This document shows positions 10,987 through 21,893 of a stretch of 64,000 nt of DNA, in pieces. How positions within the stretch are numbered: the first letter of the stretch is position 1; each line of letters begins with the position of its first letter. Both the position numbers and the translations under genes were made by a program. A model generated the notes under the pieces. The model did no database searches. It was not told where the DNA came from and saw nothing but the letters and a program-made list of their open reading frames with translations. This DNA comes from Bdellovibrionales bacterium (GTDB taxonomy: Bacteria > Bdellovibrionota > Bdellovibrionia > Bdellovibrionales > JAUICD01), in the NCBI GenBank assembly GCA_965203875.1, contig OZ241914.1, forward strand, positions 1,358,039-1,422,038, read 5' to 3'.

Positions 10987-11600
10987 GCTCCTTTGTAGAT
11001 CCAAGAGCCAAGTGCGTAAAGTTCATTTTATTTGCAAACCTTTTGGTATTTTGCGTATGGCAACTGACTTTTAAACCACCTGTACATAAGTTTATGTTAT
11101 CAAACTTTTTGATAAGTCCTTTACATTTGCAAGAAGGACTGTTGTTGAACTTGATAACGGCAGCCTTTTCGCACAATGCTCTTTGGCACTTTTTATTAAA
11201 TATGTTCGTGCTGATTAGCTTTGGACCAATTATAGAAATTCTAGTGGGAAGAAAAAAATTCCTGTTGTTTTATTTTTGTGCTGCCATTGTCAGCTCACTT
11301 AGCCACTGCATGGTATCATACTACATGCTAAAGTCTCCAGACTCCATGGCACTAGGAGCTTCTGGTGCTATATCGGGTTTGGTTTTACTGTTTTCTCTAA
11401 TGTACCCAAAAGAAAAACTCTACATACTGGGATTAATTCCAATGCCAGCAATAATAGCTGCTTTAGCATTTGTAGGTATCGACATTTGGGGACTTACCCT
11501 ACAGACCCAGGGAAGTGGGCACCTAATAGGTCATGGTGCACATTTAGGTGGAGCTTTGTGTGGAGTTGTCTTTTTTACCATGCTTAAGCTTAGAAAATAG
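10980..11600 (+). CDS. Rhomboid-family intramembrane serine protease
   Basis: Multi-TM protein with GASGAISG (catalytic Ser) and a downstream HLGGALCG (catalytic His). The exact start is uncertain. Confidence 0.75.
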   Translation: MLGSFVDPRAKCVKFILFANLLVFCVWQLTFKPPVHKFMLSNFLISPLHLQEGLLLNLITAAFSHNALWHFLLNMFVLISFGPIIEILVGRKKFLLFYFCAAIVSSLSHCMVSYYMLKSPDSMALGASGAISGLVLLFSLMYPKEKLYILGLIPMPAIIAALAFVGIDIWGLTLQTQGSGHLIGHGAHLGGALCGVVFFTMLKLRK

Positions 11601-13130
11601 CTTGATTTTATAGTAAGAAACTTCTTCTGACTTCACCCACCATGACAATACAAAATAACAACAGGTACCAATAGCAACACAAAACATCAACAGACATGCC
11701 CTTTGTATAAAATTATCTACACCAAACTGATTTTTTATCAAAAATAATAGAGCACCCATGAGTCCAGCCGCAATAGAGCTTTTTAAAAAAAATAAAACAA
11801 AATTACTTTGAAAGCTGCCAACTAAAAATCTATAAGCCATTAGAAGCAACAGCACATTTATAAATGCAGCTATTGCTGATGATATTACCAGTCCTTGTAT
11901 ACCAGCCCTATCAATAAAAAACCCTGCCATTGTGATATGTATACCTAGGCAGGCGGCAGACACTAAGGCAGGTAGCCATACATTGTGTATGGCATAAAAC
12001 ACAGGTTGCAACACCCTTATAGCAGCGTAAAATATTATAGAAACACCATAGACTTGTAAGACCAGGCTGGTGTTATACACATCATGCTCTGTAAAGTTAC
12101 CTCTCATAAAAATTGTACTGACTAAAAGATCGGATAATACAAAAAGACCAACACCTGAAGGTATAGCCAAGAATAACACCTGCCTTAATCCCTCTTGCAC
12201 GGTGCTGGATAGTTTGTGTAAATCTCCTTTTGCGTAGTAATTTGATAATACCGGCAAAAGTGCGGTCCCCATACTGACGGCCACTAAAGATAATGGAAAT
12301 TCTAAAAGTCTATCAGCCCAAAACAACCATGAATTAGCTCCTTCAGGCAATGTACTAGCAAACCTGGTATTAACCAGCACGGTCAACTGTAATACGCCCA
12401 ATCCTACAAGAGATGGAAGAAATTTTAAGAAAACTCTTCTTGCATGCACAAATCTTAGATCAAAATCTAATTTTGGTAAAAAACCCAGCTTATATACATA
12501 TGGAATTACCACCATTAGTTGCAGTAGACCTCCTGCTATCACAGCCCATGCTAAGTTGGAGCCTTCAACAGAAAACCACTCGGATGGCAAAAATATAAAA
12601 ACTATGATTGCCAAGTTTAATAGTGTCGGAGCAAACGCAGGAGTCAAAAATTTTTCAAAACTGTTTTGTATGGACATAAAAAATGCATACATGCATACCA
12701 GAACAACAAAGCTCAACATTATTCTGGCAAAATCTATGGTTACATCCACCTTATGCGGTATACTGGAATAGTTCTGACCGTAAGTAAGCCAACCTATTAC
12801 CTCTGGTGTGAAGATAATTCCCAGTATAGTGATGGTTATAAGAATTATCAGAAGTATACTAAATACCACGTTGACCAGCTTTTTAGCTTCACCAGTATTT
12901 TTGCTGGATATTAGTTCGACAAAAACCGGAATAAAACTAGCTTGCATAGAACCTTCACCAAAGAGCCTTCTAAACATATTGGGAATTCTAAAGGCCACAA
13001 GCCATGCGTCAGTAGTAAACCTACTAAAGAAACTGGCTAGGAGTACATCCCTGATTAAGCCAAATATCCTACTGCAAAACGTGCCTCCACCAACGATAAA
13101 GGCCATATTGAATATGTTTTTCTTAGCCAC
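11544..13130 (-). CDS. murJ: Lipid II flippase MurJ (MviN)
   Basis: 528 aa, polytopic, with the N-terminus GGGTFCSRIFGLIRDVLLASFF..TDAWLVAFRIPNMFRRLFGEG typical of MurJ. Confidence 0.9.
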   Translation of the reverse strand: MAKKNIFNMAFIVGGGTFCSRIFGLIRDVLLASFFSRFTTDAWLVAFRIPNMFRRLFGEGSMQASFIPVFVELISSKNTGEAKKLVNVVFSILLIILITITILGIIFTPEVIGWLTYGQNYSSIPHKVDVTIDFARIMLSFVVLVCMYAFFMSIQNSFEKFLTPAFAPTLLNLAIIVFIFLPSEWFSVEGSNLAWAVIAGGLLQLMVVIPYVYKLGFLPKLDFDLRFVHARRVFLKFLPSLVGLGVLQLTVLVNTRFASTLPEGANSWLFWADRLLEFPLSLVAVSMGTALLPVLSNYYAKGDLHKLSSTVQEGLRQVLFLAIPSGVGLFVLSDLLVSTIFMRGNFTEHDVYNTSLVLQVYGVSIIFYAAIRVLQPVFYAIHNVWLPALVSAACLGIHITMAGFFIDRAGIQGLVISSAIAAFINVLLLLMAYRFLVGSFQSNFVLFFLKSSIAAGLMGALLFLIKNQFGVDNFIQRACLLMFCVAIGTCCYFVLSWWVKSEEVSYYKIKLFSKLKHGKKDNSTQSST

Positions 13131-13201
13131 CTAAAAACCTTGCTTATTTGTCTTGGTTGCGATAGAGCTTGTCTTGAACATTTTACTTTGAGGAAGTTTC
13201 G

Positions 13202-13480
13202 ATGCCAAACATAAAATCTGCAAAGAAAAGAGCAAGGCAAAATTTAACAAGAAGAATGCGTAATAAAAGCATCCTTAGTGCCGTTAGAACCTTGGAAAAA
13301 AAATTACTGAAGGCTATCAGCTCTGAAACCAGAGTTCCTGCCGAGGAGCTACTAAGAACCTATACCAGTAAAATTTCTAAAGCCAAATCTAAAGGTGTTT
13401 TAAAAGCAAAAACAGCATCCAGAAAAATAAGCCGCCTGGCAATAAAAGTATTCAAAACAAAACAAGCCAGCACAGGCTAA
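13202..13480 (+). CDS. rpsT: 30S ribosomal protein S20
   Basis: MPNIKSAKKRARQ..., a basic protein of 92 aa. Confidence 0.9.
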   Translation: MPNIKSAKKRARQNLTRRMRNKSILSAVRTLEKKLLKAISSETRVPAEELLRTYTSKISKAKSKGVLKAKTASRKISRLAIKVFKTKQASTG

Positions 13481-13496
13481 CCAACCTAACATTTTT

Positions 13497-13697
13497 TAAT
13501 TTCAGCATGCAACAAAGATAGGTGTAGAGCTGGGGTTTGGTGTATCAGTAGCTATAAACAGCAGCTGTTGGAGCTTACCTTGGACGTTGCACAACATTTT
13601 ATCAAACAATAGCTTAGCTTCACTAAGACCTTTGGTCTGAACATTACGCCAGCTATTATTTGATAAAATTGAAAACCTTTATGATTGAAGACCTTTA
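13497..13697 (-). repeat. SR-1 structured intergenic repeat (one unit plus an extra left flank), minus orientation, abutting the mutase stop codon
   Basis: The reverse complement reads TAAaggtcttcaatcat-aaaggttttcaatttt-atcaaataatagct-[core with agacc-aaa-ggtct]-agctattgtttgat-aaaatgttgtgcaacgtccaagg. The TAA is the stop of 13695..15233. Boundaries are approximate. Confidence 0.8.
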
Positions 13698-15233
13698 GAT
13701 AGTCACAGTTTCTTTGTGCTTGCCAAAAACACTCCTTAACGCATCAGATATTTCACCAAGCGTTAACCCTTCCTCCACAGCCTCAATAAAAACTGGCATT
13801 AAATTACTCTCGTTTTGAGCAGCATTTTTTACCTTTTCCACAGCTTTTGAAACTTTGTTTTTATCTCGAGCTTTCTTAAATCTAACAGTTCTGTCTATCT
13901 GAGCTTTGCTAACCTCACTATCCAATTTCAACGGCTCTATTTTACTAGCACTACTATCAGCATACTTATTAACTCCAACCTGTATAAGATCTCCTTTTTC
14001 TAATGCAGTTTGAGTTTTATAACTGGCATCCTGTATCTCACTCTGGAGCCACCCAGTTTCTATGCATCTAACCACACCACCTAAATTCTTAATCCTTTGA
14101 ATATAGCCTTTGGCCTCTTCTAAAATTTGCGAAGTCATTTTTTCCACCAAGTAAGAACCACCCAAAGGATCTACGTGTTCAGGAATTCCAGTCTCATGTG
14201 CAATAATTTGCTGGGTTCTAAGAGCAGTTGTAGCAGCTAAATCGGTGGGAAGTCCTAACGCCTCATCCATCGAATTGGTATGCAAACTCTGTGTACCACC
14301 CAAAACAGCAGCCATCGCCTGAAGTGCAACTCTGGTCACATTATTCAAAGGTTGCATCGAGGTCAAAGTAGAACCAGCGGTTTGACTATGAAACCTCAAC
14401 TTACAAATATTTTCATCACTAGAACCAAATTCATTTTTTACAGTATTTGCCCACAACACCCTGGCCGCTCTAAACTTTGCTATCTCTTCAAAAAAATTAT
14501 TATGCACGTTGAAGAAAAAACTCATTCTATTTATAAAACCAAGATCAAGGCCAGCCTTTAATGCAGCATCAACATAAGTAATGGCATTTGCAATGGTAAA
14601 CGCCAACTCCTGTACAGCAGTACTACCTGCCTCTCTTATGTGATACCCAGATACACTTATCGTATTCCAGTTAGGTATATTTTTTGAAAACTTAAATATA
14701 TCAGTGATAATTCTAAGACTAGCTTCTGGCGGATAAATATAAGTGCCTCTAGCTATATACTCCTTTAAAATATCGTTTTGTATAGTGCCTTTCAAAGACT
14801 TAATATCTATGCTTCTTTTCTTAGCTACAGCAATGTAAAGAGCAAGCAAAATACCAGCCGTAGCATTGATTGTCATAGAGGTAGAAATCTTATCTAATGG
14901 TATGTCATCAAATAATATCTCCATATCTTGGATAGTGTCTATAGCAACACCTACTCTACCCACCTCACCTGTGGACATTATGTGATCCGAGTCGTAACCC
15001 ATTTGAGTGGGCAAGTCGAATGCAACACTCAAGCCAGTTGCACCTTTTTTTAAAAGATCAAGATAGCGTTTGTTACTACTAGCAGCATCTCCAAACCCAG
15101 AATACTGCCTCATAGTCCAAAGTTTACCACGATACATAGAACTATGTATGCCTCTTAAGTACGGGTACTGGCCTGGCAAACTATCTTTTGTATTTGAATC
15201 CATCTTATCCATATTTAAAGAAGTAAAAAACAC
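13695..15233 (-). CDS. Methylmalonyl-CoA mutase, catalytic (N-terminal, substrate-binding) subunit without a B12-binding domain
   Basis: 512 aa with mutase TIM-barrel signatures ([35 protein letters not shown]). It ends before any cobalamin-binding DxHxxG domain. Confidence 0.9.
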   Translation of the reverse strand: MFFTSLNMDKMDSNTKDSLPGQYPYLRGIHSSMYRGKLWTMRQYSGFGDAASSNKRYLDLLKKGATGLSVAFDLPTQMGYDSDHIMSTGEVGRVGVAIDTIQDMEILFDDIPLDKISTSMTINATAGILLALYIAVAKKRSIDIKSLKGTIQNDILKEYIARGTYIYPPEASLRIITDIFKFSKNIPNWNTISVSGYHIREAGSTAVQELAFTIANAITYVDAALKAGLDLGFINRMSFFFNVHNNFFEEIAKFRAARVLWANTVKNEFGSSDENICKLRFHSQTAGSTLTSMQPLNNVTRVALQAMAAVLGGTQSLHTNSMDEALGLPTDLAATTALRTQQIIAHETGIPEHVDPLGGSYLVEKMTSQILEEAKGYIQRIKNLGGVVRCIETGWLQSEIQDASYKTQTALEKGDLIQVGVNKYADSSASKIEPLKLDSEVSKAQIDRTVRFKKARDKNKVSKAVEKVKNAAQNESNLMPVFIEAVEEGLTLGEISDALRSVFGKHKETVTI

Positions 15234-15242
15234 ACTCCAGCA

Positions 15243-15770
15243 TTAGTTTTCAAATAAAACTAATACTTCCCCTGCTTCTACATTTTGTCCTTTTTTAATT
15301 AATACGTCCTTAATAACAGCATCATTTGGTGCTCTCATTTCGTTTTCCATCTTCATAGCTTCCATTATTAAAATAGGCTGGCCTGATTTGACATGATCTG
15401 ACTTTTTGACCAACACATCTATAATTTTTCCTGGCATGCCAGATGTTAAAGTGTTCTGACCGCCTATGCTACTTACACCCTTAATACTTTCCTGTAATAA
15501 CATCTGTTCATTGTATAGAAGTATCTCTCTAAAAGAACCTCTGGTAAAAACCTTAGTGGACGATCCTTTCTGAACTACGTTGATCATGTAAGATACGTTA
15601 TTAAATAAAAAACTAATTGCATCATCTACCTTTATATAATCCCACTTCATAACTTCATGTATTTCTTTTTTATTATTTTTAACGTCCAGCATTTCTAGAA
15701 CCCAGGAGTTCTTTTTTTCAACTATATCTATCTCGTATGTGGTGTTTTTCAACTCAGCTTTAAAAAGCAT
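15243..15770 (-). CDS. Biotin carboxyl carrier (biotinyl-domain) protein
   Basis: C-terminal biotinyl domain with the EAMKMENE motif. Overlaps the upstream biotin carboxylase by 11 nt, which suggests translational coupling. Confidence 0.85.
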   Translation of the reverse strand: MLFKAELKNTTYEIDIVEKKNSWVLEMLDVKNNKKEIHEVMKWDYIKVDDAISFLFNNVSYMINVVQKGSSTKVFTRGSFREILLYNEQMLLQESIKGVSSIGGQNTLTSGMPGKIIDVLVKKSDHVKSGQPILIMEAMKMENEMRAPNDAVIKDVLIKKGQNVEAGEVLVLFEN

Positions 15771-17244
15771 CTTCCCTACCTGATAATTTCCAACGACTTG
15801 GCTTGTTGTTTAACTTTCTATTTTTCGAGCTTTCATAACTTTCAATAACAGCGGCAATTAAGAACGCCCTATCATCGACGAAATGGAATAAGTGTTTAGA
15901 TTTATCAAAATCTTTTGTTAAAAATTCAGTTGTATATGTTCCATCCAAAAATTTCTTTTCTTTCAAAATTGATCTTAAAAGAACGATATTGGTTTTAACT
16001 CCAGAAACATTAAACTCAGCCAAAGCCATCTGCATTCTATTTACAGCTTCATCTCTGGTTCTGCCCCAAACAATTAATTTTCCTATCATAGGGTCATAGT
16101 AAATGGGAATTTTATAATCTGCGTAGGCATAGGTATCAACTCTTATAAATGGTCCGGACGGAAGCTTACATCTTTTAATAAGACCTGGGCTGGGCAAAAA
16201 AGTATTAGGATCTTCTGCACAAACTCTGGCCTCTATAGCGTGGCCGCTCATTTTTATGTTTTTTTGTTCAACGCTTAGCTTGTTCCCTGCGGCAACTTTT
16301 ATTTGTTCTTTTACCAAATCAAATCCTGTTATCATTTCAGTAACTGGGTGTTCCACTTGCAACCTGGTATTCATCTCCATAAAGAAAAATTCTTTGGTAA
16401 CATTGTCAAATATGAACTCAAAAGTTCCAGCACCAACATATCCGATTTTTTTGACAGCGTTTACCGAAACTTCGCCCATTTTTTTTCGTACATGATCATC
16501 AATCGCTATGCTGGGAGCCTCTTCAATTATTTTTTGGTGTCTTCTTTGAATACTGCACTCTCTATCAAAAAAATGTACCGCATTTTTAAATTGGTCGCCA
16601 AATACTTGAATCTCGATGTGTTTAGGGCTTTGTACAAATTTTTCTACATAAACATCATCATTTAAGAAGTATTGCTTAGCTTCTGATTTTGCAGACCTAT
16701 AATTGATCTTCAAGTCACCTTCGTTATGAACAACTCTCATGCCTTTACCTCCGCCACCGCCAGAGGCTTTTATTATTATTGGATAACCAATTTTTTTGGC
16801 GACTTTTTTTAGCTCATCTAAATCTGTTATGACATCAGTACTTCCTGGAACAGTTGGTACGCCCGCACTTTGTATAGCTTTTTTAGCCAGCATTTTATCG
16901 CCCATAAGCTCTATACATTCGGGAGATGGACCTATTAAGGTTATATTGTTATCCTTAAGTGCTCTGGCAAACGAGGCATTTTCGCTTAAAAAACCATATC
17001 CTGGATGAACAGCGTCTGCACCCGATTTGGATACAGCTCTGAGTATAGAATCTATGTTTAGGTATGATTCTCTGCTGGGAGCTTTTCCTATATAATAGGC
17101 TTCGTCAGCAAGTAAGACGTGTAGACTTTTTCTATCCGCATCGCTGTATACAGCAGCTGCTGTTATACCCATCTGCCTGCATGTCCTAATAACTCTAATT
17201 GCTATCTCTCCACGATTAGCTATTAGTATTTTTTTAAAAGACAA
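15760..17244 (-). CDS. Biotin carboxylase subunit of an acyl-CoA (propionyl/acetyl-CoA) carboxylase
   Basis: KILIANRGEIAIRVIRT, an ATP-grasp domain (GGGGKGMRVV) and EMNTRLQVEHPVTE. TTG start with an upstream GGAGGT. Confidence 0.92.
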   Translation of the reverse strand: MSFKKILIANRGEIAIRVIRTCRQMGITAAAVYSDADRKSLHVLLADEAYYIGKAPSRESYLNIDSILRAVSKSGADAVHPGYGFLSENASFARALKDNNITLIGPSPECIELMGDKMLAKKAIQSAGVPTVPGSTDVITDLDELKKVAKKIGYPIIIKASGGGGGKGMRVVHNEGDLKINYRSAKSEAKQYFLNDDVYVEKFVQSPKHIEIQVFGDQFKNAVHFFDRECSIQRRHQKIIEEAPSIAIDDHVRKKMGEVSVNAVKKIGYVGAGTFEFIFDNVTKEFFFMEMNTRLQVEHPVTEMITGFDLVKEQIKVAAGNKLSVEQKNIKMSGHAIEARVCAEDPNTFLPSPGLIKRCKLPSGPFIRVDTYAYADYKIPIYYDPMIGKLIVWGRTRDEAVNRMQMALAEFNVSGVKTNIVLLRSILKEKKFLDGTYTTEFLTKDFDKSKHLFHFVDDRAFLIAAVIESYESSKNRKLNNKPSRWKLSGREDAF

Positions 17245-17277
17245 AAATTACCTCCACAAAAAATTAAAGACTATTTG

Positions 17278-18828
17278 TTATAAGGGTATGTTTCCATGCT
17301 TTTTAGATGGATTTTTTTGTTTTTTACTTTCCAGCATATCCAAATACTGTATTATTCTTCTTCTGGTTTGTGAAGGCTCTATAACTTCATCGATGTATCC
17401 TAGATCAGCAGCACAGTATGGGTTTGCAAATTTATTTTTGTAATCTTCTGTGAGTTCAGCCTTGGCTTTTTCTGGATTCTTAGCATTTTTTATTTTATCT
17501 CTAAAAATAATATTTACCGCACCTTCTGCACCCATGACTGCAATTTCTGCAGTTGGATAGGCTAAGTTTACGTCGGCTCTTAAATGCTTAGATGCCATAA
17601 CATCATATGCTCCACCGTATGCTTTTCTGGTAATAACAGTTATTTTAGGCACGGTGGCTTCTGCGTAGGAATAAAGTAGCTTAGCTCCATGGGTTATAAT
17701 ACCATTCCATTCTTGATCTGTGCCTGGTAAAAACCCTGGTACATCTACTAGAGTAACTAGTGGTATGTTGAACGCATCACAAAATCTTACAAATCTGGCT
17801 GCTTTAATTGAAGCTTCAATGTTTAAACACCCTGCCAGTACTTGCGGTTGGTTTGCAACTATTCCAACATTTCTGCCGTTGAACCTAGCAAAGCCTACAA
17901 CGATATTTGTTGCAAAATGCTCGTGTACTTCCAGCAAAAATCCTTCGTCCACAATGATCTTGATAAGCTCTTTCATATCGTACGGTTTTACAGCACTTGA
18001 TGGAACTAATGAGTTTAGCTTTTCATCTGTTCTGTTTGGATCATCGTTTGTCTTAAAGGTAGGTGCATCGTCTAAGTTGTTACTTGGAAGAAAATTTAAA
18101 AGCTCCCTTATCATCAATAGGCAATGCTTATCATCATTTGTTGCAAAGTGAGCAACACCAGATTTGGTGGAATGAGCTACTGCACCGCCCAGTTGTTCTT
18201 TGGATACCTCTTCGTGTGTGACAGTTTTTATAACATCAGGGCCTGTGACAAACATATAACTGGTGTCTTTTACCATGAAAATAAAATCTGTAATGCTAGG
18301 ACTGTACACTGCACCTCCAGCACAAGGTCCCATCACCGCACTGATTTGAGGAATGGTTCCAGAGGCCATGGTGTTTTGCAAAAATATATCGGCATAACCA
18401 CCTAGTGCTTCTACACCCTCCTGTATTCTGGCACCACCAGAGTCGTTCAAGCCTATAATAGGACAGCCATTTGTAATAGCCATTTTTAGTATTTTACAAA
18501 TTTTAAGAGCATGGGTTCTGGATAAGCTGCCACCAAATACGGTGAAATCTTGGCTGTACACAAATACAACTCTACCGTTTACTTTTCCATGTCCGGTTAT
18601 TACACCGTCACCTAAAAATTTCTTTTCTTTCATGCCAAAGTTTTCGCACTTGTGTGTAACAAATTTGTCTACTTCAACAAAGCTGCCTGCATCTAGCAGC
18701 ACGTCTAATCTTTGACGTGCGGTAAGACGTCCACCGGACTTTTGTTTTTCCATCCGTTCTTTTCCGCCACCTTCTAATGCAAGTTTATTTTTTTCTAAAA
18801 GCTCGTCTAGTAACTTGGTACTATCCAT
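17278..18828 (-). CDS. pccB: Propionyl-CoA carboxylase beta chain / methylmalonyl-CoA carboxyltransferase
   Basis: Carboxyltransferase fold ([47 protein letters not shown]). I moved the start to the ATG at 18828, which has GGAGGA upstream. The ORF-track start at 18915 would overlap asnS by 77 nt. Confidence 0.9.
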   Translation of the reverse strand: MDSTKLLDELLEKNKLALEGGGKERMEKQKSGGRLTARQRLDVLLDAGSFVEVDKFVTHKCENFGMKEKKFLGDGVITGHGKVNGRVVFVYSQDFTVFGGSLSRTHALKICKILKMAITNGCPIIGLNDSGGARIQEGVEALGGYADIFLQNTMASGTIPQISAVMGPCAGGAVYSPSITDFIFMVKDTSYMFVTGPDVIKTVTHEEVSKEQLGGAVAHSTKSGVAHFATNDDKHCLLMIRELLNFLPSNNLDDAPTFKTNDDPNRTDEKLNSLVPSSAVKPYDMKELIKIIVDEGFLLEVHEHFATNIVVGFARFNGRNVGIVANQPQVLAGCLNIEASIKAARFVRFCDAFNIPLVTLVDVPGFLPGTDQEWNGIITHGAKLLYSYAEATVPKITVITRKAYGGAYDVMASKHLRADVNLAYPTAEIAVMGAEGAVNIIFRDKIKNAKNPEKAKAELTEDYKNKFANPYCAADLGYIDEVIEPSQTRRRIIQYLDMLESKKQKNPSKKHGNIPL

Positions 18829-18838
18829 TATTCCTCCG

Positions 18839-20125
18839 TTAAGGGTAATTTCGCCCGTACATCCGGGCAAATGGTATGGTTTCTCTAACGTGTGACAGGC
18901 CGCAAATCCATGCAACCGTACGCTCTATACCCAAGCCAAAGCCAGATGAAACAAATGATCCGTACTTTCTTAAATCTATGTACCAAGCAAAATGTTTTAA
19001 ACTTAGTTTATGATCTTTTATACTTTTTAATAAAACATCCAGATCGTCTTCTCTTTGACTACCCCCAAGTAGTTCTCCATAACCTTCTGGTGCTATTAGA
19101 TCACAGTTTTTGGTTTCTTTCTTGGATAAATCTTTTTTCATATAAAATGGAGTTATATTAGAAGGGTAGTTGTGTATGAATACGGGTTTTCCAAAATACT
19201 CCCCTATTAAAGTTTCGTCCTTTGCACCAAATCTACTGCCGGGCTTAAATTCAGGCAGTTTGTCTTGTATAATCTCGCAAGCTCTTTTATATGAAACCCT
19301 TTCAAAGTCAGCATTTAAATAATTTTGTAAGTTATCGGTATTTCGCTCTAGAACAGCCAGTTCCTTATCACAAGATTGTAGAACTTTTTTAAGTATGTGC
19401 TTTAGCATTGTTTCTGCCAGGTCCATATTGCCTATGTGATCTAAAAATGCTACTTCTGGTTCTAGCATCCAAAATTCTATCAAATGTCTTCTGGTCTTGG
19501 ATTTTTCAGCTCTAAAGGTGGGTCCTAGGCAGTACACTTTACCAAACGCTGCGGCGGCTGCTTCCATGTATAGTTGTCCGCTTTGGGACAGATAAGATTC
19601 TTCATCGAAGTATTGGGTTTTGAATAACTCTGAAGTACCTTCGCATGCATTTGGTGTAAATATAGGTGCATCTACGAGCGTGAAATGTCTGCCATTGAAA
19701 AATTCTCTGATTGCAGAAACTACACAAGCTCTTACTTTGATTATGGAGTGTTGTCTTTTTGATCTAAGCCATAGGTGTCTATGGTCCATCAAAAACTCAA
19801 CTCCATGTTCTTTGGGTGTTATTGGGTAATCTTTTGTTATGCTGAGTATATCTAGTTTGGTGACAGAAAGCTCAAAATCTCCTGGAGATCTTTTATCCTC
19901 TTTGACTATTCCAGTAACTTTTACTGTGGATTCTTGGGTTAGCTCCTGAAATTTATCGAAGTTGGCTTGACTGCAGTTGGTGGCCAAAAATACGCACTGG
20001 CATATTCCGGTTCCATCTCGAAGGAGCAAAAACCGTATTTTCCCTGAAGATCTCAAGGAATACACCCACCCATGTAGTGCTATTTCCTTGTCTTTGTAAT
20101 TTCCCAGCTCGTTTATATAGACCAC
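18839..20125 (-). CDS. asnS: Asparagine--tRNA ligase
   Basis: 428 aa, class IIb. It has an OB-fold N-terminus and motif 2/3 regions ([31 protein letters not shown]). Confidence 0.92.
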   Translation of the reverse strand: MVYINELGNYKDKEIALHGWVYSLRSSGKIRFLLLRDGTGICQCVFLATNCSQANFDKFQELTQESTVKVTGIVKEDKRSPGDFELSVTKLDILSITKDYPITPKEHGVEFLMDHRHLWLRSKRQHSIIKVRACVVSAIREFFNGRHFTLVDAPIFTPNACEGTSELFKTQYFDEESYLSQSGQLYMEAAAAAFGKVYCLGPTFRAEKSKTRRHLIEFWMLEPEVAFLDHIGNMDLAETMLKHILKKVLQSCDKELAVLERNTDNLQNYLNADFERVSYKRACEIIQDKLPEFKPGSRFGAKDETLIGEYFGKPVFIHNYPSNITPFYMKKDLSKKETKNCDLIAPEGYGELLGGSQREDDLDVLLKSIKDHKLSLKHFAWYIDLRKYGSFVSSGFGLGIERTVAWICGLSHVRETIPFARMYGRNYP

Positions 20126-20303
20126 TCCAATCTATCTACAATCAAGCACACCTTAAATTCAAGCTAAAGGATCAAAGTAGCAGGTAAGGGTTAAGATTTT
20201 TTTTAAAATAACCGTTTAGTGGTAATACGCAGGGTCATTACGGCCTAGAGCAGGCTGTTTTGTGTATGACCTTTGTATGGCCGTTGGCTAGAAGCAAGGA
20301 GGA

Positions 20304-21893
20304 TTGAAGGTGTATAAATTTTATTTATTGATAGTATTTGTTTTAGGTTCAGCTGGGTTTTTGCATGCTGCAGATCCTAACAAGGAAAATTGCCAAACAG
20401 ACGACAGTGTAATTGTCAATGTAGCTTTGCTTGAAGCTGCAAAAGACGGAGATCTGGATTGTGTCGATAGGTTTACTGAGCCTGATTTTGATGTAAATAT
20501 GACAGGCAAAAGAGGTGAGTACGCAGATAAAACTCCTCTAATGGTTGCTGCTATGTCTGGCAAAATTGAAGTGGTGAGATTTTTGCATGAAAAAAGAGAT
20601 GACCTGGATGTAGATAAAGTTGATGGTGAGGATAAAACCGCTCTATTTTTAGCAGTTGAGGAAGGCCACAGAGAAATAGCTACTTTCCTAGCACCTCTTA
20701 GTGAAGATATAAATAAAAGGTATGGTTCAATAGAAGTTACGGTTCTTCATCATGCCATAGGTAGTGGGGATACCCAGCTTGCTTCTTATTTTCTTGGTAA
20801 TAAAGGCATAGATATCAATGCTCAAAATAAGGATGGGGATACTCCTTTGATGTGGGCTGCTGCTCGTGGTCAGGTAGAAATAGTGCACAAAATTTTAAAT
20901 AATAGAAGTGTCGATATAGGATTAGAGAATAATAGAGGTTTAACAGCTAGATATATGATTAGCACATATAATGTTGAGAGTATGAGAAACAGGCAAGCTA
21001 TATTAGATATGTTTAACCAATATGAAGGTGCGGTGGAAAAATTAGCTGTTGAAGCAGAATTTATAACAGCGGCAAAACAGGGTAACCTATCGAGGGTTCA
21101 GAGTATTTTTGCTGCAAAACAGGCAGAATTCGATATTAACAAAAAAGAATCCTTGGAAGGAAGTACGGCTTTAATATCGGCTATAGCTTGGGAGCGTCCT
21201 AACACAGCTAGATGGTTACTTGCTCAGTCAGGAATAGACGTAAATCTGGCTGATAATAGAGGAAACACTCCTTTAATGCATGCGGTGATAGTTCAGAACG
21301 AGGAATTGTTTTTTGAAATTGTACATAGAGAAGATATTAAAGTACACCACAAAAACCAAGAAGGCTTAGCTGCCATAGATATTGCAGAAAAGAAAAATAA
21401 TTCTAGAATAGTCACATTATTAAGAGACAAAATCGATAGAGATAATGCCAAGTTATTTCGTGCAGTAGAACGTGGTAACGTAGTTTCAATAGCCAATGCA
21501 TTAGACACTGGTATAGATATAAACGCCAGAAAAAATGACGGAGCAGGTAAGACCGCTCTGATTACAGCAGCAGGTTCAAGTTACAGTAAATCAAATACTA
21601 CAGTGCTTAATACCCTGCTTGCAAAATCTGGTATAGATGTAAATAAGCAATCTAATGGAGGTGTTACTCCAATCATGGCTGCGGTGTCGCAAGGTAATGA
21701 GGCAGCGGCAAATATGCTTCTTAGGGTGGAAGGAATAGATCTAAGTTTAAAAAATAACCAAGGTGAGACTGTGTTTGATTTGGCACAAAAGAGTGCAGTG
21801 CCTGGTATAGTTACCGCTTTTGAAGAGAGAAGCCAGAGTAAAGGTTTTAGCTTAAGAGGTGTTAGATCATTTTTCAAAGGGTTGTTTAAGTAA
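20304..21893 (+). CDS. Secreted ankyrin-repeat protein
   Basis: The N-terminus has a signal peptide (LLIVFVLGSAGFLHA/ADP). At least 10 ANK-type repeats follow (e.g. GDTPLMWAAARGQVEIVHKIL, GNTPLMHAVIVQNEELF, GVTPIMAAVSQGNEAAANMLL). The start may be the GTG at 20310, which is better spaced from AAGGAGG than the TTG at 20304. Confidence 0.88.
   Translation: MKVYKFYLLIVFVLGSAGFLHAADPNKENCQTDDSVIVNVALLEAAKDGDLDCVDRFTEPDFDVNMTGKRGEYADKTPLMVAAMSGKIEVVRFLHEKRDDLDVDKVDGEDKTALFLAVEEGHREIATFLAPLSEDINKRYGSIEVTVLHHAIGSGDTQLASYFLGNKGIDINAQNKDGDTPLMWAAARGQVEIVHKILNNRSVDIGLENNRGLTARYMISTYNVESMRNRQAILDMFNQYEGAVEKLAVEAEFITAAKQGNLSRVQSIFAAKQAEFDINKKESLEGSTALISAIAWERPNTARWLLAQSGIDVNLADNRGNTPLMHAVIVQNEELFFEIVHREDIKVHHKNQEGLAAIDIAEKKNNSRIVTLLRDKIDRDNAKLFRAVERGNVVSIANALDTGIDINARKNDGAGKTALITAAGSSYSKSNTTVLNTLLAKSGIDVNKQSNGGVTPIMAAVSQGNEAAANMLLRVEGIDLSLKNNQGETVFDLAQKSAVPGIVTAFEERSQSKGFSLRGVRSFFKGLFK

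Noticed and set aside
11544-11600. Convergent 57-bp overlap of the rhomboid and murJ 3' ends (and the 59-bp overlap at 39249-39307).
   Set aside because: Both partners look genuine and such tail-to-tail overlaps occur in compact genomes. There is no additional signal, such as a hairpin or repeat, to suggest a regulatory role.
18829-18915. N-terminal extension of the carboxyltransferase ORF ([29 protein letters not shown]) overlapping asnS by 77 nt.
   Set aside because: The internal ATG at 18828 has a strong GGAGGA RBS and gives the normal family N-terminus. The extension lies antisense-free but inside the asnS 3' coding region. Similar trimming was applied to patatin (57896 lies inside tRNA-Arg) and asd (the 44625 start overlaps pssA).
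20217-20233. Possible att-like duplicate of the tRNA-Arg(TCT) 3' end (tggtgattcggccagg) at the asnS side of the accessory block (tagtggtaatacgcagg).
   Set aside because: Only about 60 percent identity over ~16 nt in AT-rich DNA, which is not distinguishable from chance. The island hypothesis therefore rests on content, not on att sites.
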